Assembly (NCBI GenBank): GCA_012295275.1
Contig: CM022665.1
Span: forward strand, 23,684,001-23,748,000
Source: Chrysomallon squamiferum
Lineage: Eukaryota; Animalia; Mollusca
Direction: 5' to 3'
DNA length: 64,000 nt
Shown here: positions 1 to 12,034 of the stretch, in pieces
Numbering within the stretch: position 1 is the first letter of the stretch
How the letters are laid out: the number at the start of each line of letters is the position of its first letter
Translations under genes and position numbers: made by a program
The notes under the pieces: model-generated
Database searches by the model: none
What the model saw: only the letters and a program-made list of their open reading frames with translations
What the model was told of the DNA's origin: nothing

Positions 1-641
1 AAATAATTATGTGGTTTTTTTTTTTTTTTTTTTTTTTTTTTTCCTTTTTATTGTTTTTTTTATTATTAGGTATTTATTCATTCTATCAAGTTTTTTTTTT
101 TTTTTTTTTTTTACATATCACAGAGGCTGTTCACTATCATTATATTTTCATGTTCGAGCTTGTTCTTGTTGTTATTTTCCCCACCGCCGGAAATTGACAA
201 CGTTTTTTTGTTTTTTTTTGGGGGGGTTTCGGAAGTAGGAGGTGCCAGACACGCTCAGCTCCCTATAGTTTACATTCTGTGTAAATTTTAAGAACGCCGA
301 TGACGTGAAAATCTGATGACGTCAAAAAGATGGCTGAAAGTTGCAAATGTCTCTGCTATCAAATGATGTAGAACACACAGTAGGCGCAGCTAGTCCATAT
401 TTCTCGCCACTGCTGCTTATGTACATTTTAAAATAACTAAGTTTTTAGTATGATATGAGCAGACGTATCTGATGATTTTACTAGTCCTTGCTGGTGAGAT
501 TTATTTTTATCAATTTCTTCTAGCAGTAGTTGCATTACATTAGTGTCGTCCATCCTGAAATCTTTATCATCAAATTTCATTCATACGCGACATAATTTCC
601 CTCGAAAATAATTTCATTCAGGTGTTTATTAAAAAAAATGA

Positions 642-682
642 TTAAGATCATTTATAATCTAAAAGATTATAAATGATCTTAA
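642..682. repeat. Perfect 19-bp inverted repeat with 3-nt spacer
   Basis: TTAAGATCATTTATAATCT-AAA-AGATTATAAATGATCTTAA. Confidence 0.9.
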
Positions 683-1508
683 GCATTTTTTTTTAATTTT
701 AATTATTATTATTAATTATTTATTGTTGTTGGTGTTATTATTATTATTTTTTTTTTTTTTTTTTTTTTTTTTATTATTATTAATGGGTTTTAATTCTTTT
801 TATTATTATTTTTTTTTTTTTTTTTTTTTTTAACCATAATATCATTACATCTGTATGGAAGAAACTATACACATTTATCAAAGAAGATGACAGGTACATG
901 TGACAAATTTAGTTGCTCTGTTACCTAGGCGGACGCGCACACTAAAAATTCTTCTTAACTATTCGACTTTCGTACCGACCCGTCTTTCTCGATTAAAGTG
1001 TACTTATGACAATATTTATACTTCCAAATTATTCTTTTATTCTTTGGGAAGATCTTTGATCACTCATTACAAAATAGGACGGTCAAATAATATTGTCACA
1101 AAAGATCTGAAAGCCTCTATTTTATCCCATCAAATGGAGTCGCAACAAAATCGCAAGCGTAGGAAACATAACGTATTTTTTCCAAATTTGGACCAAATTT
1201 GTCCATGTACCTACCACAGAAAAAGGCGGCATCCCAGATTTGCTTTCTGCTGTTGTTACACTTCATTATTAATTGAGACTGCAAAATAAATATATAAAAC
1301 ATAACTTGGAAGTGTACAGAACATACTTCTTTGAATCATCAATGGCTGACTTTAAATCGACATTTTGAAGTATGAACGGAAGTTATCATACAAAAATTCA
1401 TATGTTAAATTATGAAACAAATATAAAAGAAGAAGAAAAGGGTTTTAAAACAATATATTCATTTTTATTTTTATTTTTTATTTTTTTTTAATGCAAGAAT
1501 GTTATAAT

Positions 1509-1654
1509 ATGGGCTGCATCAAAAGTAAAGACAAAGATGAATATTCAGATGTAAAACCCATAGACCTGGACACTAGAGAAATATTTAGGCTAAAAAAATC
1601 ATGGAAAGGAATTCAACGTGAAATGGAAACGGCTGGCGTAGAAATGATTTTTAG
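1509..1654 (+). CDS. Globin A (N-acylated globin X-like/neuroglobin-like), coding exon 1 of 3; CDS join(1509-1654,2049-2271,2919-3191), 213 aa
   Basis: Translates MGCIKSKDKDEYSDVKPIDLDTREIFRLKKSWKGIQREMETAGVEMIF+AG followed by donor GTAATA. It is 146 nt with a phase-2 junction in the B12 Arg codon. Contains the A-helix SW motif and MGCxxSK acylation motif. Absent from the ORF track (too short). Aligns with exon 1 of the other two globins. Confidence 0.93.
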
Positions 1655-1660
1655 GTAATA

Positions 1661-1718
<58 letters not shown>

Positions 1719-1858
1719 ACAAACACACACATACACACACAGGAAAAAGACATTACAGATATTAAATCCTGCATAATAATATTCAACTTGTTTGTAAGTA
1801 ATTAGCTGCGTTTATAAACATCATAAGATTACCAATGTACGCTCCGTTAAATATAAAA

Positions 1859-1972
<114 letters not shown>

Positions 1973-2048
1973 ACAAACAAAAACATCCACACAAATACAA
2001 TATTATGCATAATGGTAGTAGTAGTAGTATTTTGTTAAATTATTTCAG

Positions 2049-2271
2049 ATTGTTTGATGAAAATGTCTATATTAAAGAATATTTTGTGACACTTACCAAA
2101 GCACAAGATAAAAAACTGAAAGAGGCTATTTTAAAACATGCCTTGGATTCTATGGAGTTATTTGACGAATGTATAATGAATATTGATAACTCCGTTTATA
2201 TCATGAACATAACTAAAAATACAGGACAGGTCCATTTTGAATTTCCTAAATTTCGAAGAAACTATTTATGG
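2049..2271 (+). CDS. Globin A coding exon 2 (B12 to G6; CD1 Phe, E7 His, F8 His)
   Basis: Acceptor TATTTCAG, donor TGG|GTAAGA, 223 nt. Translates LFDENVYIKEYF...ILKHALDSMELFDECIMNIDN...TGQVHFEFPKFRRNYLW. Distal His at 2137-2139, proximal His at 2233-2235. Frame is consistent with exons 1 and 3. Confidence 0.92.
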
Positions 2272-2406
2272 GTAAGACATCTGAGTAATTGGATTAAGTA
2301 TTTTATCATTTGATTATATGTGAAAAAAAGATGAATAAGAAATAAAATAGATAAACGAATAGGCTGGCGTGCAAATTCATAATAATTCAGTTTTAACTAG
2401 ATTGCA

Positions 2407-2484
<78 letters not shown>

Positions 2485-2780
2485 ACACACACACACGCAC
2501 GCACACACACACAGACACACTGTGTACATTACAAAGTGCAACTATAAACCCAGTCTAATAAACTGTTTTTCAAACGTCTGTTGGTAACGGATAAAAATAG
2601 AGACAGATTCGATATTTGTGTATTCGTTTTCAAAAACTGTCTTCTCAGAATTTTCACACAGATAAAGTACAGATACGACCAGACATGTTCAAAAGCCTCA
2701 ACTGGGCTGATATAATTTCAGTTATAGAACAAAATTATGAGATTCTATAAAAGAGATTATTCAACACACTGACAGTCGAA

Positions 2781-2819
<39 letters not shown>

Positions 2820-2918
2820 GTCTTAGAAACACTTCTAGTTTGATGTCACATATTATTTAGAATTTAGAGCTAAATGATTTTTTTTTTTTAAATTAATAAT
2901 TGTGACACTACATTTCAG

Positions 2919-3191
2919 TGTATGAGGGAGCCATTTCTGGAAGCTGTTAGAATGACGCTAGACGAGAGGTATACAGAGAGTATAGAGAAACTGTATAAAA
3001 CTGTCATCGACTACATTCTGGAAACCATGTCTGGTATACCAAAAGATCATGAATCATACCATGAAAAGGAAAGCAAAATATGTTGCGAAACGGTGCAAAA
3101 CACATTCGATCTAAAACTGGAGTCAGATGAGACTGCTAGCAAAATACAATCTTCAGAATCTGAGACCTCTACCAGCAAAGTATATTCTTAG
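2919..3191 (+). CDS. Globin A coding exon 3 (G7 to H helix plus ~51 aa tail)
   Basis: Acceptor CATTTCAG, phase 0 (G7.0). Translates CMREPFLEAVRMTLDERYTESIEKLYKTVIDYILETMSG...KVYS* and is homologous to exon 3 of globins B and C. Confidence 0.93.
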   Translation, partial: CMREPFLEAVRMTLDERYTESIEKLYKTVIDYILETMSGIPKDHESYHEKESKICCETVQNTFDLKLESDETASKIQSSESETSTSKVYS

Positions 3192-5235
3192 CTTTGTAAT
3201 ACAATTAAATATTTTCAGTGAACATTACCTGGCTGTTTCATATGCAGATTCATGTTCTTACACAATATGCTTCGTCATAAGTGAAGTAACTTAATTGTCG
3301 AAGGATAGGTCTTTTACACATTTTCACGTAACTATCACCAGTGAATATAGTTATCATTGTTTTGTCTTTCATGTTTGTTCAACCATCATAAACACTGGTT
3401 TTAGAAGGGGGTGGGGCCAGAAGAAATCAGGACAGTACACTTTTCGTTTTGGTAGGATTTTATTAATGGTATTGTTATATGTGTCTTGACATAATGGCAA
3501 GAAATGACTGTGTATTTATACAATTACAGTAAAGTACATTTGGAGCGGTTATTGTATGTATATATATGTATGTATGTGTGTATATATATACATATATAAC
3601 AGACACAATACTACGTTGGTAAGTTTTAGCCGAGCTTTGTTGAAACATTTGGTGTACTTTATGTCTATATATATATATATAGATAGATAAATAGATACAT
3701 ACATACATACATCCACACATACATACATTACATAAATATATGCACATTAAAATATCTTGCACTGTTAGAATCTGCAAATAACATTTTGATTTATAATAAG
3801 TTATAAGAATCAACTGAAGTTCTGCAGTTGTAACTTAAAGACGCCACAAAAAGGTCATAATATTTTACATATGTAACAGAATAAATCATCTGGCCAATTA
3901 AATACACCAAGCGCTATGTAAAATGGAAAATAACAATACAAAAAATAACAACAAAAACAACAAACAAAAAAACAACAAGAAACAGCAGTTTTCTGGAAAA
4001 GAACGATTCTTAATAACGTCAGCATCTTCAAAGAAACTCCTGTAAACGCTTAAAGTTTAACTGGTCAGCCAATAAACGGCAAGGTATGATTGTGTTTTCG
4101 ATTAAATGTAATATCAACATAATTTTTTATCTTTGTTTTCATGTTAACTACATTTCTTATTAACATTCTGGAAATAACGTATCACCAAGAAACAAAAAAT
4201 ATCAACAAAAAAAAATTAATAATAATAATAATTATTAAAATCTGTCTTGATGCCTATATATATTTTTTTTTCTTCAAACATTTCTCTAATCCAGTGGAAA
4301 GATCTTTCATCTTGCGCCGTATCATCTCTAATGTAGAGAACTACAAATTCCACAATACATCACATTAAGTATCAAATCAAATGTTGATGAGCTGCGTTGC
4401 ACCATAAATTCAATTTAGGCTACACACACACATACCAGCTTCAAATGAGTTTTAGAGAATAATAGATTATTCCAGGCAGACAGTATTTATTTTCAATGCA
4501 ACGTTTGAAATTCGTTAAGTTGTGTAATGCACAAAAAGCGCTCGAAAGTGTATGTTAAGCTATAACAATATCAGAAACGATTTAAAAGGGCAAAATAATG
4601 ATATTTAGATATTTGCCAAAATAAAGAGAAAATATATTGAAATTTACTCAGTATTGTTATTAATAAATGTAGTAAATGTCTACCGTTTATATCATATTAT
4701 TTACATTTAACCATTTAAGTAACTTACGTTAAAGCCAAGCTGGAATATTATCTCACTGATTTTGTAAAACAAAGAAAACAAAAATTCTGTGTAACTAAGG
4801 TAATAATAATGTTTACTAGTTAATAAAGACTGCATAAATAAATAACAGTAAACTTTAATTTGCGTCTTGTTTCTGTAAATAAATCCGAACATTTTGTATT
4901 TAATCATCTTACTTAACTTGTGATTGCTTCTTTTCTTTTTTTTAAATTACTTTCTTATTTTGTTTTATTTTATATATATACATACATATATATTTTATTC
5001 TAAACAATATAATTTTTTATAATAATATATATTACTGAAGTACCTTTAAAACGATATGTAAAATATAATAGAACTACAGTTAACAGTTCGTAAGATTATT
5101 ATTATTAATGATTAACATTTGACCACAATCAAAATTTAGACTATGTCAAGTCTTAAAATAGCTTAGTCAGTAATGGTTGTTCTCAACAGAAATGGCAAAA
5201 TCATATGTGAAGATTAACACACACACACACAGAGA

Positions 5236-5277
<42 letters not shown>

Positions 5278-5370
5278 AAAAACACACATCATTCTAAAAC
5301 ATTTTCTTCTCTGGCATCAACTTTTCATCCCCGCCTTAAGAAAGTTCGTTGAAATTATTATTAATATTAA

Positions 5371-5411
<41 letters not shown>

Positions 5412-5597
5412 GTGCATCGGGAATTCATTCCCACAAACGCAGTTCAATCTGAGCTTTCAGACAAAAAGAAAAGTGGAGTAAGAGAGCGAGGTACAGAAAG
5501 GATGAGAAAGAGAATGAATCATCTCTACTTTTTTTTTTTTTTTTTTTTTTCTTTTCTTCTTAGTGTCTTTCTACGTGAAATGCTTTAGAAGAAATAT

Positions 5598-6008
5598 TTA
5601 TTTATTGTCGTTTGCCGCAGAATGAACTATGTCCGTTAGTGGAACGCCAAGTTCACTGAGCTTGAAGCTCTGCCGTTTCCCCCCGCGTTTCTTTTTGTAA
5701 GTACTCGCATTTGCAATCAAAGGAAGATCGTGGACAGATTCTTCCTGGATGTCAAAGTCCGATACGAAGGGATCTACTTTACACTGTTCAGGAAGTAAGT
5801 GCTTACCATTATCACTTTTTTCCTTCGTATGGGACTTTATGTCTAACTCTTCTTGAGCTCTGCTGTGGTCCGAATCATCGCCGTCGGACACACCGGACAG
5901 CATTCGTAAAACGTGATTTATAGCGATCACGTAAACGGGATGAATTGACTCTGTGTATCTGTCCTCCAGGACCAATTTCACTGCGTCCAGAAAAGGTTCT
6001 TTAATTTT
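5598..6008 (-). CDS. Globin B coding exon 3 (G7 to H helix plus ~97 aa tail)
   Basis: Minus-strand acceptor TTCTTTGTAG. Translates KIKEPFLDAVKLVLEDRYTESIHPVYVIAINHVLRMLSG...AANDNK*. 411 nt, phase 0. Confidence 0.93.
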   Translation of the reverse strand, partial: KIKEPFLDAVKLVLEDRYTESIHPVYVIAINHVLRMLSGVSDGDDSDHSRAQEELDIKSHTKEKSDNGKHLLPEQCKVDPFVSDFDIQEESVHDLPLIANASTYKKKRGGKRQSFKLSELGVPLTDIVHSAANDNK

Positions 6009-6790
6009 CTACAAAGAACAAACACAGAAGTTTTATGAGTGATATGAATCCAGAGTTATAAAGCACGAATCTCCAAATAATTAAGCTCTTGGGACATACG
6101 GTCTTCAAAGCGTAATTCTTTAACATGAGAAAAATAATAGTTAATGACATTAAAAACAATAACTATAGAAATAAAATTTAAAAAACTATATATTCTTATT
6201 ATAAATAAATGCATTTTTTTTTTTTTTTTTTTATACCAGTCCCTATTAAGTTTCAGCAAAATCGGTTATTCCAAAATGTCTGCAGGCTCTTTTTATAATG
6301 TATGATAATATCTAAGATAAAATCATTGAATGAATATGGACAAAATAATCCTATTAAAATGATGTTACGATCTGGAATAACTAACTGGGCAAGAAGGAAT
6401 GGAAACGTAGAAACGAATTACAGGTTGATAACTGAAATTACTAACAAATATTCATTTGTGAATTATATATTATTTTCATCGTGTCGTTCGTGAAGTTTAA
6501 AAATAGGCGCTAAAAAACCAAAGTCACGTATATTTTAAATGTTTCATTATAATAAATTGGTAATAATCGGAAAAAGTCCATAAATGTTTTTAATTATTTA
6601 ATGTTATATTTTAAATAAATATATTATTTACTTTTGCCAAAGAGATAATTACGTATTAAAATGATAAGGGGAAATAATAATAATTAAAAAAAATTAATAA
6701 TAATAAATAAATAAATAAATAAAAAATCCGCAGAGCGTTAATATCTCATATTTTAAAAAACATCTTTCTAAATATTTACACAATTAAAGG

Positions 6791-6900
<110 letters not shown>

Positions 6901-7121
6901 ATAGTAGTAGTAGTATTTTGCTGTTGTTGTTTTAAATTAGATATTGAAAATCTTAGTTCCGGAACTTCCCGATTCATATTAGAGTACACTGCAGTGGCAC
7001 CTGTCAGTCAAGTGTCGTCTGGTTGTGATGTGTAAACAAACAAAAACAGAGAGACTGGAAAAACAAAAAAAATATATAAATTAGCCATTTTAATCTTCAT
7101 CTTCATCTCATCAAATCCAAG

Positions 7122-8168
7122 ATGGTACTCTTGAGTTGGAATAAGGACATAACTGATATTTGTTTCACTGAGAAAGGCTAAATCATAAAGGAATTTCCCA
7201 GAAAGAAGTGGGATACATAATTAGTAAACAGAAATATAATAATAATAATAATAATAATAAATCAAAAAATAAAAATGCTGAAAGTACGGGATTCACTGAT
7301 AGGAAAGGGGGGAAGTGCCGACTTAAAACAGCATATACACAAGAAACTGTTGAACATATGGAGGAAGCTATCTTCTCTCATGCAGAAAGTCTATGAAACT
7401 ACAGATCACAGAGAGGAATTGTATCTCATCTTGGTGCATACCATACTTCAGTCAGAAGAAGAAGAAGAAGAAAAAGAATGATAAGAACAAGCTGGAACTG
7501 AAATCTTTTAAGAGGATGCGATTTTCACGGCAAGACGAGGACACCGAGTGGTAAAACCTGTGTGATAAATATTCCACAAAAGACGTTGAGAATTTGGTTT
7601 TCACGGATGCTAAGGAATTCAGTGGTGAGATTGCTTGCAGTCGCCAGAATGATCGAGTTTTCGACAAAAGGAAGAAAGACATTTATGTCAAGCGACTGCA
7701 TCATGAAAATTCACGGTTTACAAAGACAGTGATCTTCAGTGCACGAGTTTCCTGGCGTAGATAAGTTTTACTGACACTAACACCATTAGAGTCAATCCTG
7801 ATAATTACATTCAGTTACTTACCTCTCCGAGACTGCATAGGATTATATCCTGACAATAACTTTATCTTTCAACAAGATGGGACAACATCGAATACCAGTG
7901 ACTGAACTCGGTAATATCTCAGCACAAGCATTTATACAGAAAGATGAATGGCTGCCACAAAGTCCGATGGATGTTTGTATGAGGAATTCACTGAGTAAGA
8001 AGGAATACGAAGGTTGAATTGACAACTCACTATGGAAGAACTAAAGACTTACTTCAAGTAAAGTTGGGAAAAGATTACCCTTGAAACAGCTGCATTTCAT
8101 CCTGGAAAAAGCGACTACGAACAATATTCCGGGATAATGGAGGACCCATCGATCATCTGTTCAAATAG
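7122..8168 (+). mobile_element. Decayed Tc1/mariner-superfamily transposase remnant (possibly DD37D/maT-like) in intron 2 of globin B, antisense to the gene
   Basis: Frameshifted fragments occur in the expected order: KEFPERS (~7186), DRKGG (~7298), ENLVFTDAKEF (~7588-7620; VFTDEK motif), KTVIFSARVSWR (~7723), FIFQQDGTTSNTS (7861; FQQDGA motif), FIQKDEWLPQSP-MD (7931; WPPxSPDxNPxD with a deletion), WKKRLRTIFRDNGGPIDHLFK* (8103-8168). TIRs were not confidently located, so element boundaries are approximate. Confidence 0.85.
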
Positions 8169-8429
8169 ACTAATTGTAAGATGATGTTCTTACATTCCAG
8201 AACTGCGATTTTCGATATCAAATATTGATTTTGGCCTTATTTAAATACTACTTGATATGTCAGGGTCTTTAATTATGCAAATTTCTAGAAAGTTTTAAAT
8301 AGTGGGGTGGTTGTTTTTTGTTGTTGTTATTTTTTTTTTTTTTTTTTTTTTTTATTTTTTTTGCTATTTGTTTTTCCCCTCCCTATATACAGAAATCAGA
8401 AAATAATATTATCCATAATATAATCTTAC

Positions 8430-8661
8430 CCAGAAATATCTGTGGCTAATGCCATCGAAATTTTTGTGAAATTCTTTTATGTCTTCTAAGACTTTGTTTA
8501 CATAGTCGATGTCGTTGAAGTTTCTGAAGCAATCATCTAACGAGTTCATCACCAGCGTGGTGTGGAATCGGAATATTTGACTATCTCTCATCTGTCTCTC
8601 AGTTTCCAGGTTGCTAAAATTCTTAAACAATGCCTTCAGATGAGGATGTTTTTCGAATAAT
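8430..8661 (-). CDS. Globin B coding exon 2 (B12 to G6; C2 Pro, CD1 Phe, E7 His, F8 His)
   Basis: Acceptor ACTTTTCAG, donor TGG|GTAAGA, 232 nt. Translates LFEKHPHLKALFKNF...IFRFHTTLVMNSLDDCFRNFND...KEFHKNFDGISHRYFW. Distal His at 8562-8564, proximal His at 8466-8468. Confidence 0.94.
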
Positions 8662-9036
8662 CTGAAAAGTGTATATTAAACATGATTACTGTCTCATGTT
8701 TGATATGTGGTTACGTAATACTGATCGAATGGTAATGTTGTTGTTTTGGGGGGAGAGAGGTTTTCTTCTCAGATCAAAATTGTGTTAACGGTATTACATT
8801 TTGGCTTGCGTTCCATATTTTTTTTTCTTTTTTTCTTTTTTCTTTTGATGTTTGGATTAATACATTTTCGAAATTGTAATGTGTTGTTTCAAGAATCGAT
8901 TAACCTATACTTTAGAAAATAATAAAATAAATAAAATAACATGCGAAAGTTTTTGAATATTCAGTTAATCTCACAAATCGATTTTAATCTAGATTTGAAC
9001 TGAAAAAAAAAATATATATATTATTATTATTATTAA

Positions 9037-9067
<31 letters not shown>

Positions 9068-9079
9068 GCATTTATTCAC

Positions 9080-9261
9080 CTTATAAACACCTCAACACCT
9101 GTTCTCTCAATCTCTCGTTCAATTCCCTTCCATGACTGTCTTAACCTGTAACACTGTCGTTCGGTTAAAGGTCCTTGGTGGTGATGTGAACAAGACTTTC
9201 TACTTGATATAAATGAAACGCGTTCGATGTCAACTAAATTTTTGCTTTTACAGCAGCCCAT
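9080..9261 (-). CDS. Globin B (N-acylated globin X-like/neuroglobin-like), coding exon 1 of 3; CDS complement join(5598-6008,8430-8661,9080-9261), 274 aa
   Basis: Translates MGCCKSKNLVDIERVSFISSRKSCSHHHQGPLTERQCYRLRQSWKGIEREIERTGVEVFI+AG followed by donor GTGAAT. 182 nt, phase 2 (B12.2). Confidence 0.94.
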
Positions 9262-9319
9262 AGCCAAACCTACAATATACAATGGTGATGATAATGATGA
9301 TCTCATTAGTAATTATGAG

Positions 9320-9389
<70 letters not shown>

Positions 9390-11374
9390 GTGACTGTCTG
9401 GAAAATAGTAAAAGCATATCATGATATTTAGGAAGCTCTAAGATTATCAGTCCCGATTATTTTTCAAAAGACATAGTTTAAAAAAAATAAAATTAAATAA
9501 AAAAAAAAAAATTTCAAAAGGGCGGTAACTGTCGCTGGTTTGAGTACATATGTTTATCCTTTATCCGATTGTCATCTGTTAAATGATTTTTATAAACTTA
9601 ATATTATGTCATGCAGTTTATAAAACGTATTGTTATATCATAGGCCAGTAAACATTCAATGCAGCGGATGATGTGGATCTTGAGGGTGTAAGGCTATCTC
9701 ACGCCTAGGTCTAGGCTTAGATAAAAGTATGCGGTTTTGACAGTGATATCCTAAAGCAGTTTGTATTAAATATCACACCATTCTTCTTAATGTGTTTATT
9801 ATATATAACATTACTCACAGGTGTATTTAGAAGGGAGAGGGGACGGTCATCTCATTACCCATCCCGTATCGTTGCCTATTATACTGTAATAACACTGTTG
9901 TACAAATTCGAATTGTTCAAGGAATTGTCAAAAATCATGGATGCGGCCATACTATTACGATCTTCAAAGAGTTTACGCGTACGTTCCAAACACTTTCATT
10001 ACGTCACCACCTAACGTCAGCGAAAATGGCTTATCAAAAGTTTTGGGGATATTATAATAAAATTCTGGATGTTGCGTTTTTGTTTCTTGGACCTCATTAC
10101 AAGTCAATATTACAGAGATTAAGCAAATTTGTTGTTTGTTTAAATAGAATGATTTTTCCTTACATATTATCCAAGATTTTGACACTTTTACAGTAAAAAA
10201 ATTCTGCCGTGTTTATGAACGGCAGAAATTCGCAATTTATGTATTATTTCTCTTGCACAACAGCTTTTGACACGGTTAAAATCTTATGTGATTGTAGAAA
10301 TTGTACTCTTTGCACTGAAATGAAAACATTTAGCAATTTAAATATGTTTAATTTTTCATAAAAGTGTTGTGCCATAACATTAGGGAATGTTGTTATTTTT
10401 GAAACAAAGATATTATAATATTTATACCTCGCTGGATACTGTTACATAGCTTAATTGATTAACAGACTAATTTCGACATAAAAGTTTGATATTTGAATAG
10501 ATTCTTAGGAGAAAGAAGCCTACCTCAAAAGATACGGACATTAACAACTTTCGGAAACATAACATTGAAGCAGCAGCAAACATGTCTCTAAATCCTGGCC
10601 TAAAAGGAAGTTACGTCAATTTTTTTTAATATATACGTCATGATGAGTTTTCTTTCACTCTGTAACGACTGTATGTGTTACAATTTTTGCTAGAATAAGT
10701 GAATCAGTGTTTTATATTTATGAAGTTGTTATTTGTTTATCAGTCATTAACAGAAAGTATTTAATTTCAGATTCATTAAGGAAGCTTTATTTGAATCATT
10801 TTAACCATTACCAGCGATGAAATGTTATACTGCGGTCATCTTGCGAAACAATAGAAACACTCACAACTTGACACACTCAGCTAATAGCGATACTGTATCA
10901 TTTATCAAAGTCCTTCATCATTTTTATTATAAAATCTCGTATGCTGGCAAACGATCTTCAGTTAAAATGAAATGAAAGTAGAGTAAAATAAAATAAAAAA
11001 ATATTAAATTAAATAAAATTACTTAATTAATTAATTAATTGTGTGTGTGTTCCAGTCTTAATAAAACATTTCAAAATAGAGGGGCACCGCCATTTTTCTG
11101 CATTCGTGACGTCATCGCGTACAATAGCCGAGTTTGGTTTTTTTTAGCATAGAAAAATTAGTTATGACCTAACGATTTCTGTTCTGAAGTGGTAAAATGT
11201 CGGTATTCAAATGTTTTGTAACAGTATTATTTTGTCATACCTTTTTTTCTTATCTTTTTTTTTTTTTTTTTTTTTTAATGTAATTGAGTTCATTACGAAA
11301 CAGTAGAATAATAAGATGGATTACAAAGAATGTTTTGAGATTATTCATTCGTATCGCCAGGGTGCACGTTAAAT

Positions 11375-11825
11375 TACAAGTACTGAACTATTACTACGGC
11401 TTCCATAAACTCGGAAAATCCAGAAAACCAACTATTTTTTAAACTGCTTATTTCTGAATTAGACACCCTTTTGTTTTAGTTTCTCTGTCGCCAATTCAAG
11501 TGATTGCTGTTGTGTACAGGTGATCTTCTCACAATAAATTATTATTTGTTTTTGTTTACACTCATTGTCATGTATTTTCACGTTTAAAAGACCTACAGAG
11601 ATGCAAGTAGCTTGTGAAAGGCGTAATCTGTACAGGTATTTTAAGAATGTTAAGTGAATTAATAAAGATCCAAACGACCGTGCTTTAGAAGTGTATGAAT
11701 CTCTTAAATACAGGTTCATTCTTTATTTTTCATTATATATTTAGTATTTTAAGAAATCCAACAAATTCAAAAATCCGGATCACCTCCTGTCCCAAACTTG
11801 CCAGATAAATGGTTCGGTTCCAGTA
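11375..11825. mobile_element. Probable old pogo/Tigger-type non-autonomous DNA transposon (MITE) between globins B and C
   Basis: Degenerate TIRs including terminal TA: left TACAAGTACTGAACTATTACTACGGC versus reverse complement of right end TACTGGAACCGAACCATTTATCTGGC (17/26 match). The right subterminal AAATCCGGATCACCTCCTGTCCCAAACTTGCCAGATAAATGG resembles Tigger-type ends as I recall them; not searched. Confidence 0.45.
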
Positions 11826-12003
11826 ACAGTAACAGCGTGTGTAAAGTGTTTATATATATATATATATATATACACTTAAATCTTCAAAACGATGTAAACT
11901 CATCAAAATTTAAAAGACTACCGCTTCATATTTTCTTTGCAGATTTTGCTGTAATCACAATATGAATGTTTGACATAATGATATATCAGAGCCTGGATAT
12001 ATA

Positions 12004-12034
<31 letters not shown>

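Noticed and set aside
900-1289. 129-aa ORF upstream of globin A
   Set aside because: GTG start and no recognisable family; probably a chance ORF in repeat-derived sequence.
9262-9306. Upstream ATG extending globin B (MRSSLSSPLYIVGLA-)
   Set aside because: It lies beyond a probable splice acceptor next to a microsatellite and would bury the MGCC acylation motif shared with the paralogues.
9500-10230. Possible non-autonomous element remnant (TTCAAAAGGGCGGTAACT; short hairpin TTCTGCCGT...ACGGCAGAA near 10202-10227)
   Set aside because: No definable termini or target-site duplication, so it cannot be classified without a repeat library.
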